Numbered from the stretch's first letter, positions 1-6,795 are shown. The stretch: 32,000 nt of DNA from Candidatus Iainarchaeum sp. (GCA_043808785.1 JAZDEL010000009.1:30001-62000), one strand, 5' to 3'. Notes: a model not told the origin generated them from the letters alone. Numbers and translations are program-made.

Positions 1-83
1 CAGGGGTGAAAAGGGCAAGGGCGGAAAAGGCCAAAATGCATTGCAGGCAGGGCAGGGATGCGGCCAGCCCGACTGCGAGGTTT

Positions 84-189
84 CGGCAATCGACTGATTC
101 TGCTGCAGGCAAGCCCTTGCAGGCATGCAGGGCTTCGGCAACAGGCTGATTCCGTTACCCGCGGCAAACTACGGCAATCGACTGATTCT
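84..189 (+). promoter_or_regulatory. Three direct repeats upstream of the tdh promoter (candidate operator sites)
   Basis: CGGCAATCGACTGATTCT is identical at 84-101 and 172-189. A degenerate copy, CGGCAACAGGCTGATTCC, lies at 135-152. All three are within 200 nt of the tdh start. Function is inferred from position only. Confidence 0.4.
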
Positions 190-205
190 TTTTCGTCAAT
201 TACAC

Positions 206-217
206 AATATTTAAAAA
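206..217 (+). promoter_or_regulatory. TATA-like box upstream of tdh
   Basis: AATATTTAAAAA in an otherwise GC-rich spacer, about 65 nt upstream of ATG 283. It resembles the CCAAATATWTAT boxes seen elsewhere in the window. Confidence 0.35.
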
Positions 218-282
218 GGGCACCTACCAATATATTCTTGGTCTCTGTTCTCAGTTTGGAGGGTGGTTTTCTGGCAGGAACA

Positions 283-1326
283 ATGAAGGCTATAGTTAAG
301 GCTAAGCCCGGCAAGGGCGCGGAGATAAGGAAAGTGCCCATTCCCGTTCCAAAGGGCGGCGAGGTGCTGATAAAGGTTCTCGCAACCTCTATCTGCGGCA
401 CGGATGTGCACATTTACAACTGGGAGGGCGCATTCAAGGACCGCGTCAAGGCGCCGCAGATAATGGGGCACGAGTTTATAGGGGAAATCGCCGAACTCGG
501 CAAGGGCGTTACAAGCGTAAAGGTCGGCGACAGGGTTACTGCGGAAACTCACATCGTGTGCAACAAGTGCGACCAGTGCAAGACCGGCAATGCGCACGTA
601 TGCAAGGAAACCTCGATAATCGGCGTGGACAGGGACGGCTCGTTCGCGGAATATATCGCAATCCCCGAGGAGAACGCATGGTTAACCAGCAAGGACATTC
701 CCCTGCACGTTGCATCCGTGCAGGAGCCTTTGGGGAACGCCGTGCACGCAGCAATGGAGTTCGATGCAGCGGGAAAGAATTGCGCTGTTTTCGGCTGCGG
801 GCCGATAGGGCTTTTTTCAATCGCAATACTGAAAAAGAACGGCGCTGCAAAGGTAATCGCGCTTGACCTTAAGGACGAGCGCATAGAACTCGCGAAAAAG
901 ATGGGCGCGGATGCCGCAATAAAGGTCAACGGCAGGAGCGTTAAGGACGAGATAAGGGAGCACACGAACGGCACAGGCATAAACCTCGCGCTCGAGATGT
1001 CGGGCAGCCCGCAGGCTGCGCACGACATTCTCGACACGCTTGTTATGGGCGGGGAAATGGTCTGGTTCGGCCTGCCTAACGAGGAAATATGCATAGACAT
1101 TTCCAACAAGGTGGTTTTCCGCGGGGTGAAGATGCACGGAGTGATAGGCAGGAAGATGTACGACACATGGTTCAAATCCAGGCGCCTGCTGAACTCGGGC
1201 CTTGACGTAAGCCCCGTGATAACTCACAAACTGCCCTTCGAGGAATGGGAAAAGGGCATGGAGCTGATGGGCAGCGGCAAGAGCGGGAAAATCGTGCTTT
1301 ACCCGGACACGAAATACATGAAATGA
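283..1326 (+). CDS. tdh: L-threonine 3-dehydrogenase (Zn-dependent medium-chain dehydrogenase)
   Basis: ORF 58..1326 trimmed to ATG 283 (MKAIVKAKPGKGAEI...). Motifs: CGTDVH, GHEFIGEI, structural-Zn Cys cluster CNKCDQCKTGNAHVC, Rossmann FGCGPIGL. Length is about 347 aa and kbl lies directly downstream. Confidence 0.9.
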   Translation: MKAIVKAKPGKGAEIRKVPIPVPKGGEVLIKVLATSICGTDVHIYNWEGAFKDRVKAPQIMGHEFIGEIAELGKGVTSVKVGDRVTAETHIVCNKCDQCKTGNAHVCKETSIIGVDRDGSFAEYIAIPEENAWLTSKDIPLHVASVQEPLGNAVHAAMEFDAAGKNCAVFGCGPIGLFSIAILKKNGAAKVIALDLKDERIELAKKMGADAAIKVNGRSVKDEIREHTNGTGINLALEMSGSPQAAHDILDTLVMGGEMVWFGLPNEEICIDISNKVVFRGVKMHGVIGRKMYDTWFKSRRLLNSGLDVSPVITHKLPFEEWEKGMELMGSGKSGKIVLYPDTKYMK

Positions 1327-1368
1327 AAATTATGGCGGGCAGTGCCCGGCACGAAATACATGAAATAA
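1302..1368 (+). repeat. Direct duplication of the last codons of tdh, 42 nt apart and in frame
   Basis: CCCGGACACGAAATACATGAAATGA (1302-1326) is repeated as CCCGGCACGAAATACATGAAATAA (1345-1368). Both encode ...TKYMK followed by a stop, in the tdh frame. Confidence 0.7.
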
Positions 1369-1395
1369 TGTGCGATAGGAAACACAGATAGGGTT

Positions 1396-1437
1396 AAAAC
1401 AAAAACCAGCGCCAACCCGCAGGTTTTTGTTTTTTTT
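1396..1437 (+). terminator. Perfect 12-bp inverted repeat plus T-run between tdh and kbl (terminator or attenuator-like)
   Basis: AAAACAAAAACC (1396-1407) pairs with GGTTTTTGTTTT (1422-1433) across a 14-nt loop and runs into a T-tract through 1437. Its role (terminator versus A/T-rich promoter for kbl) is not resolvable from sequence. Confidence 0.4.
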
Positions 1438-1467
1438 GGTTTTCAATAGTTCTGAGGAGGTGCTCAA

Positions 1468-2652
1468 ATGCCTAACCCGACAGATTTCATGAAAAATGTG
1501 GTGGATGACCTGAAAAGCAAGGACCTTTACTGGAACATCCGCGTGCTGCAGTCCGCAAGCACGCCGCGCGCGAAGGTCGACGGAAGGGACGTGATAATGT
1601 TCTGCTCCAACAATTACCTCGGCCTGAGCGACCACCCGAAGCTTAAGGAAGCGGCGATAAACGCGGTAAAGAAATACGGCGCTGGTTCGGGGAGCGTAAG
1701 GGCTATTGCGGGCACAATGGATTTGCATGTGGAGCTTGAAAAGAAAATCGCAAAATTCAAGCACACCGAGGCAGCGCTCTACTACCAGTCGGGGTTCACG
1801 GTTAACTCCGGCCTCATACCCGCGCTGCTGGAGCAGGGCGATTTGGTCATAAGCGACGAACTCAACCACGGGAGCATAATCGACGGTGTAAGGCTGACCA
1901 AGGCCGAGAGGGCGATTTACAAGCACAAGGACATGGAGGGGCTTGAGAAAATCCTCAAGGATGCGCAGGAGAAGAAATACGGCAAAATCCTCGTTATTAC
2001 GGACGGCGTTTTTTCAATGGACGGGGACATCGCGCCTTTGGACAAGATTGTGAATCTCTGCAAGCAGTACAATGCGCTGAGTTACGTGGATGACGCGCAC
2101 GGCGACGGCGTTTTGGGGGACCACGGCCGCGGCATATCGCACCACTTCGGCGTTACGGGAAAGGTTGATTTCGATATGGCGACATTTTCAAAGGCGTTCG
2201 GCGTTGTAGGGGGCTGCGTTGCCGGCACTAAAGAGATGTGCGAATTTGCGTTCAACAAAAGCAGGACATGGCTCCTGACAGGCTCGCACCCGCCCGCAAC
2301 GGTTGCCTCGTGCATTGCAGCAATGGACCTGCTCGAGAACGACGACACGCTTGTGAAAAAGCTCTGGAGCAACACCAAATACTTCAAGGCGGAACTGAAA
2401 AAGCTGGGGTTCGACACGGGGCAGAGCGAAACTCCCATCACGCCCGTGATGCTCGGCAAGAGCGAAACCGCAAAAAAATTCAGCATGGAACTCTTCGAAA
2501 ACGGCGTGTTCGCCTTGCCCATCGTGTTCCCGATGGTTGCGCAGGGCAAGGCACGCATAAGGACAATGGTTACGGCAGCGCACGGGAAGAAGGATTTGGA
2601 CGATGCGCTCGCGGCGTTCGAGAAGGTCGGGAAAAAGCTGGCAGTGATCTGA
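1468..2652 (+). CDS. kbl: 2-amino-3-ketobutyrate CoA ligase (glycine C-acetyltransferase)
   Basis: Full ORF. SD GAGGAGGTG (1454-1462) lies 5 nt before the ATG. Alpha-oxoamine synthase motifs: NNYLGL, DELNHGSIIDG, DDAHG, and the PLP-lysine context ATFSKAFG. Confidence 0.9.
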   Translation: MPNPTDFMKNVVDDLKSKDLYWNIRVLQSASTPRAKVDGRDVIMFCSNNYLGLSDHPKLKEAAINAVKKYGAGSGSVRAIAGTMDLHVELEKKIAKFKHTEAALYYQSGFTVNSGLIPALLEQGDLVISDELNHGSIIDGVRLTKAERAIYKHKDMEGLEKILKDAQEKKYGKILVITDGVFSMDGDIAPLDKIVNLCKQYNALSYVDDAHGDGVLGDHGRGISHHFGVTGKVDFDMATFSKAFGVVGGCVAGTKEMCEFAFNKSRTWLLTGSHPPATVASCIAAMDLLENDDTLVKKLWSNTKYFKAELKKLGFDTGQSETPITPVMLGKSETAKKFSMELFENGVFALPIVFPMVAQGKARIRTMVTAAHGKKDLDDALAAFEKVGKKLAVI

Positions 2653-2678
2653 GCCGCTCCGCAGGCGGAACAGAATGC

Positions 2679-2686
2679 TTTATAAA
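2679..2686 (+). promoter_or_regulatory. TATA box of the relBE operon
   Basis: TTTATAAA ends 24 nt before ATG 2710, implying a leaderless or very short leader transcript. Confidence 0.5.
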
Positions 2687-2709
2687 CTATAGTGACCTAT
2701 ATATCTACT

Positions 2710-2928
2710 ATGGTCACTACTATACAAATAAGCAGCGGCCTGAGGCAGGCGTTGCTTATGAGAAAGATGAACGATGCCGAGAGTTACGAGAACGTTATCT
2801 GGGACCTTCTTGAGGACTCCATGGAGCTGTCGGACGAAACCAAAAAGGAAATTGCGGAATCGCGCCGGGAGATAAAAGAAGGGAAATTCAAGCCTCTTGC
2901 CCAGGTGAAAAAAGGGCTGGGCTTTTGA
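2710..2928 (+). CDS. relB: RelB-like antitoxin (archaeal aRelB type)
   Basis: ORF 2692..2928 (GTG) trimmed to ATG 2710 (MVTTIQISSGLRQALL...SYENVIWDLLED...). It has an acidic and basic C-terminal helix, and its stop abuts the relE ATG (TGAATG). Confidence 0.7.
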   Translation: MVTTIQISSGLRQALLMRKMNDAESYENVIWDLLEDSMELSDETKKEIAESRREIKEGKFKPLAQVKKGLGF

Positions 2929-3183
2929 ATGTACGAAGTCGTTTTCTCCGAAAAAGCCGAGCGGCAGCTGAAAAAGCTCGACAAAAAAACGCAGGAACGC
3001 GTCATTTCCGTTATTGAGAGGGTCAGAATAAGGCCCGAGGCGCACCTCCAGAAACTTATGGGGGAGCACGCGTACAAAATACGGGTCGGGGATTATAGGG
3101 TTATTGTGGACCTGGATAACCGCAAAAAGATGCTTTTTATCCACAAGGTTGGTCACAGGAAAAACATTTACAACAAACTTTAA
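2929..3183 (+). CDS. relE: RelE/ParE-family toxin (mRNA interferase)
   Basis: 84 aa: MYEVVFSEKAERQLKKLDKKTQERV...YKIRVGDYRVIVDLDNRKKMLFIHKVGHRKNIY. This is the typical RelE pattern and size, immediately after the antitoxin. Confidence 0.85.
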   Translation: MYEVVFSEKAERQLKKLDKKTQERVISVIERVRIRPEAHLQKLMGEHAYKIRVGDYRVIVDLDNRKKMLFIHKVGHRKNIYNKL

Positions 3184-3386
3184 CCCTTCCCGTAAATCAT
3201 TGCCAAACCCGCGCCGAAAAGCACGAACGTGATTATAATCGCCCACGCCTTCCCGCTGACGAAAATGTAATCCCAGTCGATTATATCCGTCACGGAAAGC
3301 AGGAACACCACTGCGGCAACCACAAGCAGCACGCCCGTGGTTGTGCGCATATTGTCCTTTTCCTTGTGCTCGCCCATGCCAACCAT
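3180..3386 (-). CDS. Small two-TM membrane protein (hypothetical)
   Basis: 68-aa ORF with two clear hydrophobic helices (GVLLVVAAVVFLLSV; AWAIIITFVLFGAGLAMIY). The TATA-like CTCTTTTATGCGG lies just upstream on the minus strand. The start could be M1, M4 or M13. Confidence 0.4.
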   Translation of the reverse strand: MVGMGEHKEKDNMRTTTGVLLVVAAVVFLLSVTDIIDWDYIFVSGKAWAIIITFVLFGAGLAMIYGKG

Positions 3387-3486
3387 TATGCCCCGAACCG
3401 CATAAAAGAGTTACCACTGGGCGGTTGGGACAGCTTGCCCCCCTTCCGCAGCCCCCCGCGCCGGTTTGCAGCAGGGGCGGCAAACC

Positions 3487-3495
3487 TTTAAATAA
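3487..3495 (+). promoter_or_regulatory. TATA box for gene 3526..4095
   Basis: AAACCTTTAAATAA, with TTTAAATAA ending about 30 nt before ATG 3526. Confidence 0.45.
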
Positions 3496-3525
3496 CCCTG
3501 CAGCGTTATTTGTTTGTTGGTTTTT

Positions 3526-4095
3526 ATGCCCTCCGCGAAAAAACCCAAAAAACTTTCCGCGCGCGCGAAGGCGCATTACCTCAAAATTTCCTTCGGGATT
3601 TCAAAGGACCGTACGCCCGAGGTTTACGATTTCTTCTTCAGGCATCTCCCCCCCGTGCTGCATGCAATGCGCGCGGGAATTGTTGAAATAGAACTGGAGC
3701 GCCTCGAGCCGCTGGACAGGACGCACACAAACCTTGCCGTGAGTAGGGAAGAACTGCTGCGCATCTTCGGCAGGTTCGTTAAATGCCACCACCTTGAGAG
3801 AGAGCCGTCCCTCGCATTCGAAAAGGCGCGCACCTCGGTAATGGCGCACGTGCACACGGAAAGGCTGGGCTGCCTCCTGCAGGATTACAACATCCTCTTT
3901 GACATGTTCTTTACGGACATAACCGTGAAAACGAAAAAGCCCGCGCTCACAATCGACATGATGGACGGCTTCTCGAATTCCGTCCTGGTTTTCGGGGAAG
4001 GAGCCGCGGTGAAAAAGTTCCGCTCCCTGCTCTCGAAAAGGATGAAGCGCCCGAAGTTCAAGGATGTTTCCCGCAAATCCGCGGGGAAAAAATAA
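3526..4095 (+). CDS. Hypothetical protein with highly basic termini
   Basis: ORF 3514..4095 (TTG) trimmed to ATG 3526 (MPSAKKPKKLSARAK...). No family recognised. The C-terminus is also basic (KRMKRPKFKDVSRKSAGKK). Confidence 0.55.
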   Translation: MPSAKKPKKLSARAKAHYLKISFGISKDRTPEVYDFFFRHLPPVLHAMRAGIVEIELERLEPLDRTHTNLAVSREELLRIFGRFVKCHHLEREPSLAFEKARTSVMAHVHTERLGCLLQDYNILFDMFFTDITVKTKKPALTIDMMDGFSNSVLVFGEGAAVKKFRSLLSKRMKRPKFKDVSRKSAGKK

Positions 4096-4167
4096 GGCCC
4101 CTTTCGGATAACGGAAGGGCAACGGAACCATTTTATTCCTGTTTGACGTGAGTTCTGTATGCGCACG

Positions 4168-4256
4168 GGACCCGTAGCCTAGCCTGGACAGGGCATCTGG
4201 CTTCTACCTCCCCGGAAGTTACCAGAAGGTCGAGGGTTCAAATCCCTCCGGGTCCA
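4168..4256 (+). tRNA. tRNA-Arg (anticodon TCT) with a 14-nt intron at 37/38
   Basis: Hand-folded. Acceptor GGACCCG/CGGGTCC; D arm GCCT..GGGC; anticodon stem TCTGG/CCAGA; loop CT-TCT-A[intron 4207-4220]A; T arm GAGGG-TTCAAAT-CCCTC; discriminator A. No encoded CCA. Confidence 0.85.
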
Positions 4257-4259
4257 CTA

Positions 4260-4355
4260 CAGCCTTTTCGGAGCGTGGGGCTTCGCTATTTTGCCTGCGG
4301 GCAAAATGCGCGCATTCGGCTCAAGCCGAATAGCGTCAGCCCCACTTCCAAAAGC
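4260..4355 (+). repeat. tRNA-trailer palindromic module, copy A
   Basis: The 5' box CAGCCTTTTCGGAGCGTGGGG and the 3' box CCCCACTTCCAAAAGC enclose two stem-loops (4288-4307 and 4314-4331). The same boxes occur 3' of both tRNA-Ser genes. Confidence 0.6.
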
Positions 4356-4400
4356 CTGGGGAAAACTGAAAGCACGTGGGCTGCCTTCGGCAGCCCGGTA

Positions 4401-5189
4401 ATGCATATGTCCGACTTCAAAAAAGTTGGCGAAAAAATGCCCGAAATAATTCCCGAAAAGCCGCGCGCGGAAATTCCCGCGAGGGGAAGCGCAGCGGAGC
4501 TTCCCGCGGAGGAAAAGCGCGCGGAAATTCCCGCGGATGAACGCCGCGGGCGCGGGAAAGCGCCCGAAGAAATTTCCCGCGGCGAAAGCCCCGAGGAAAC
4601 CGCCGCGGAGAAAAACGCAGGGGAACAAACTTTCCTTCTCGAGGCGCGCAGGCAGTTCATCCACTTCCTCTTCGGGAACCTTTTCCTCGTGCTTATACTC
4701 CTTGCGGGGACCGAAACCGCTTTCGGCGTCCTCCTTGCGTGCCTCGCCGCGGGTGCAATAGTTTCCATCCTGATAAAGGCGGATGTGAGGGTGCCGTTTT
4801 TTTACGATATCATCCAGACCGTCGAAAGGGAGCATGAGAAGGAACTCCCCGGGCAGGGCGCGATACTGTTTTTTATTTCCGCGATAATCACAATCGCCAT
4901 ATTTCAGGATAAATTGATAGTCCTCGGCGCGCTCTCCGCGCTGATTTATGGGGACAGCATTTCAACAATTTTCGGCATGCGGTTCGGGAAAACAAGGATT
5001 GCGGGGAATAGGACGCTTGAGGGTTCGGCTGCAGGTTTTGTTGCGATGCTGCCCGTCCTGCTTGTACTCTTCCCCGTGCACGTTGCGCTCATCACGGCGC
5101 TCGCCGCGATGCTCGCGGAATTACCGCCGGTGAACGACAATTTCACGATTCCGATTGCCGCGGCGATAGCGCTTTCTATTTTGCTTTAA
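4401..5189 (+). CDS. Polyprenol (dolichol) kinase / CTP-transferase-family membrane protein with a charged low-complexity N-terminal extension
   Basis: ORF 4275..5189 trimmed to ATG 4401/4407, because the first 42 codons overlap the tRNA-trailer repeat. The C-terminal half is multi-TM and carries YGDSISTIFGMRFGKTRI...RTLEGSAAGF, typical of the dolichol kinase/CdsA superfamily. Confidence 0.55.
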   Translation: MHMSDFKKVGEKMPEIIPEKPRAEIPARGSAAELPAEEKRAEIPADERRGRGKAPEEISRGESPEETAAEKNAGEQTFLLEARRQFIHFLFGNLFLVLILLAGTETAFGVLLACLAAGAIVSILIKADVRVPFFYDIIQTVEREHEKELPGQGAILFFISAIITIAIFQDKLIVLGALSALIYGDSISTIFGMRFGKTRIAGNRTLEGSAAGFVAMLPVLLVLFPVHVALITALAAMLAELPPVNDNFTIPIAAAIALSILL

Positions 5190-5242
5190 CCGCGCGGGTT
5201 TGCGCAAAAGACTTATAATGGTTTTGCCCCTGGGTTTTTTCG

Positions 5243-5467
5243 GATGATATTCTGCCTACACGCGAAAGAAGCATTGCAAAAACAATAACCTTCAGGATAA
5301 TCGCGACAATCGCAACCGTCGTGCTTGTGCTTGTTTTCACCGGCGACCTCGCCATTGCGGGAGCCATAGGCGCCCTGGACTTTGTTTCAAAGCTCGCAAT
5401 CTATTACCTCCACGAGCGCGCGTGGGCGAAAATAAAGTGGGGCAGGCGCGCTGCCCGAGATCACTGA
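5243..5467 (+). CDS. DUF2061-like small membrane protein; start codon unresolved (possible frameshift or pseudogene)
   Basis: Not in the ORF track. Reading frame from 5243: DDILPTRERSIAKTITFRIIATIATVVLVLVFTGDLAIAGAIGALDFVSKLAIYYLHERAWAKIKWGRRAARDH*. This matches the DUF2061 signature (RS..KT.T.R....; YYLHERAW.KI.WG). There is no ATG, GTG or TTG in frame after stop 5216-5218 until GTG 5321. ATG 5244 is out of frame by 1 nt. Confidence 0.6.
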   Translation, partial: DDILPTRERSIAKTITFRIIATIATVVLVLVFTGDLAIAGAIGALDFVSKLAIYYLHERAWAKIKWGRRAARDH

Positions 5468-5547
5468 ATTTTTTCATTACGGCCTGTTTTCCCTCGGCTT
5501 AAGCATTTCGGCTTCGCCGCTCTTCGCGCCCTTCGGGATGTTTGATA

Positions 5548-6774
5548 TCATTCTGCAACATCGCCGCCTTCAAGCATCCATTTCCAGGCCGGCTTGACGG
5601 CAATACTCTTGCCCCTCTCTTTTATCGCATCTTCCTGGCCGTGTGTGACTATCACGCCCTTTTTTAAATTAAACTTTTCAAGGGCTTCCAAAAGCCCTGA
5701 AATTTCCCTTTCCTTGTTGTCATCGTTTATGGACCAGCATACCTGAACCGCATCGGTAATTTTTCCCTTTTTCCCGATAACGAAGTCGCACTCGTGCTCT
5801 TTCCTAAAATAAAAAATTTCCCCGTGTTTTCTCCTAAGGTGCAGGAAGACCTGGTTTTCGAGCATCCTCCCGCTGTCTTTTGAGAACGATATTGAATTCG
5901 CCGCCGACAGCCCGTTGTCTATGGAATAGGCTTTTTTCGGGCTTGCCTGCTGTTCTTTGTAAGAGTAGCTGAATTTCGGGATAGTGAATATCAGGTAGGA
6001 ATCCTCAAAGAATGAAATATAGTCAATAATGCTCTGTACCGAGGCCACTGAAAATGTTTTTTTCAGGGAATTGTATGAAAACTCCTTCCCGACGTTGCTG
6101 ACCAGGTATATCGCCAGTTTTTTCAGCAAGTCGGAATTTCTTATGCCGAACCTGACAGCCACGTCCCGCATAATAACGTCCCTCAAAAGTTCCTGCAGCG
6201 CATATCCCTCTCTCTTTTCAAGGTATTCCGGGAAGCCGCCCGCAGTTAAGTATTTTGCAAAGGAATCCGCAGACGGCCTGTGCTTATGGTACCGCAGGAA
6301 TTCCCTGTAGGAAAAGGGGAATAATTCGTGGCTTAAGTGCCTGCCGGTTAAAAGCGTTCCGAGTTCCCTGCTCAGGAGCGATGCATTGGAGCCAGTCAAT
6401 ACGACCTTTTCTTTTTTGTCTACGAGCCAGCGCACAAATTTTTCCCATTTCGGAACCGTTTGAATCTCGTCGAAAAAATAAGTTCCCCCCGTCCCGTAAC
6501 GCTCTTTGAAAATTTCGTCCGCTTTCGTGAAGTCGGACAGCTCGAAGCCGTTCAGCCTGATGTCCTCCAGATTAATGTAATAAAAATTTCTCTCCCTCTT
6601 TAAGAGCTGTTTTAAAAGCGTGCTTTTTCCGCAGCGCCTTATCCCCGAAATGACTACCGCGAAGGAAGTGGTCGGCTTTACAAAAGCAAGGTCTTCCCTG
6701 GGGACGGTTTTCCCGCCCTTGTCGTGTTCTTCCCTCTGTGTGGCAATCACGGCCTCCAATTTGTCTTTAAGCAT
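5548..6774 (-). CDS. AAA+ ATPase with C-terminal DUF4143 domain (COG1373-type)
   Basis: 408 aa. Walker A GIRRCGKSTLLKQL, Walker B YFFDEIQTVPKWEKFVRWL, and a C-terminal region typical of the AAA_14 plus DUF4143 architecture. Confidence 0.85.
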   Translation of the reverse strand: MLKDKLEAVIATQREEHDKGGKTVPREDLAFVKPTTSFAVVISGIRRCGKSTLLKQLLKRERNFYYINLEDIRLNGFELSDFTKADEIFKERYGTGGTYFFDEIQTVPKWEKFVRWLVDKKEKVVLTGSNASLLSRELGTLLTGRHLSHELFPFSYREFLRYHKHRPSADSFAKYLTAGGFPEYLEKREGYALQELLRDVIMRDVAVRFGIRNSDLLKKLAIYLVSNVGKEFSYNSLKKTFSVASVQSIIDYISFFEDSYLIFTIPKFSYSYKEQQASPKKAYSIDNGLSAANSISFSKDSGRMLENQVFLHLRRKHGEIFYFRKEHECDFVIGKKGKITDAVQVCWSINDDNKEREISGLLEALEKFNLKKGVIVTHGQEDAIKERGKSIAVKPAWKWMLEGGDVAE

Positions 6775-6795
6775 GAGATAATGGTGCCCAAAAAC

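Noticed and set aside
58-282. 75-codon N-terminal extension of the tdh ORF given in the ORF track
   Set aside because: The extension is Arg/Gln-rich and overlaps the direct repeats and the A/T promoter box. Tdh family proteins start at MKA..., which corresponds to ATG 283.
1324-1326. TGA recoding or an alternative genetic code
   Set aside because: TGA terminates kbl, relB and the ATPase at positions that fit family lengths, and the Tdh length is normal at this TGA. The standard code explains all genes.
2680-3576. 298-aa minus-strand ORF spanning relB, relE and the small membrane gene
   Set aside because: It is antisense to two well-supported genes and crosses a divergent promoter region. 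It is Gly/Arg/Pro-rich with no recognisable motif. This is a typical shadow ORF in GC-rich DNA.
4168-4400. Integrated mobile element at a tRNA (also checked at 6868, 8866 and 20711)
   Set aside because: There is no integrase, transposase or duplicated tRNA 3' half anywhere in the window. The conserved sequence starts after the tRNA rather than repeating its 3' end.
5176-5367. 63-aa minus-strand ORF
   Set aside because: The + strand in the same region encodes a clear DUF2061-like sequence, so the antisense ORF has no support.
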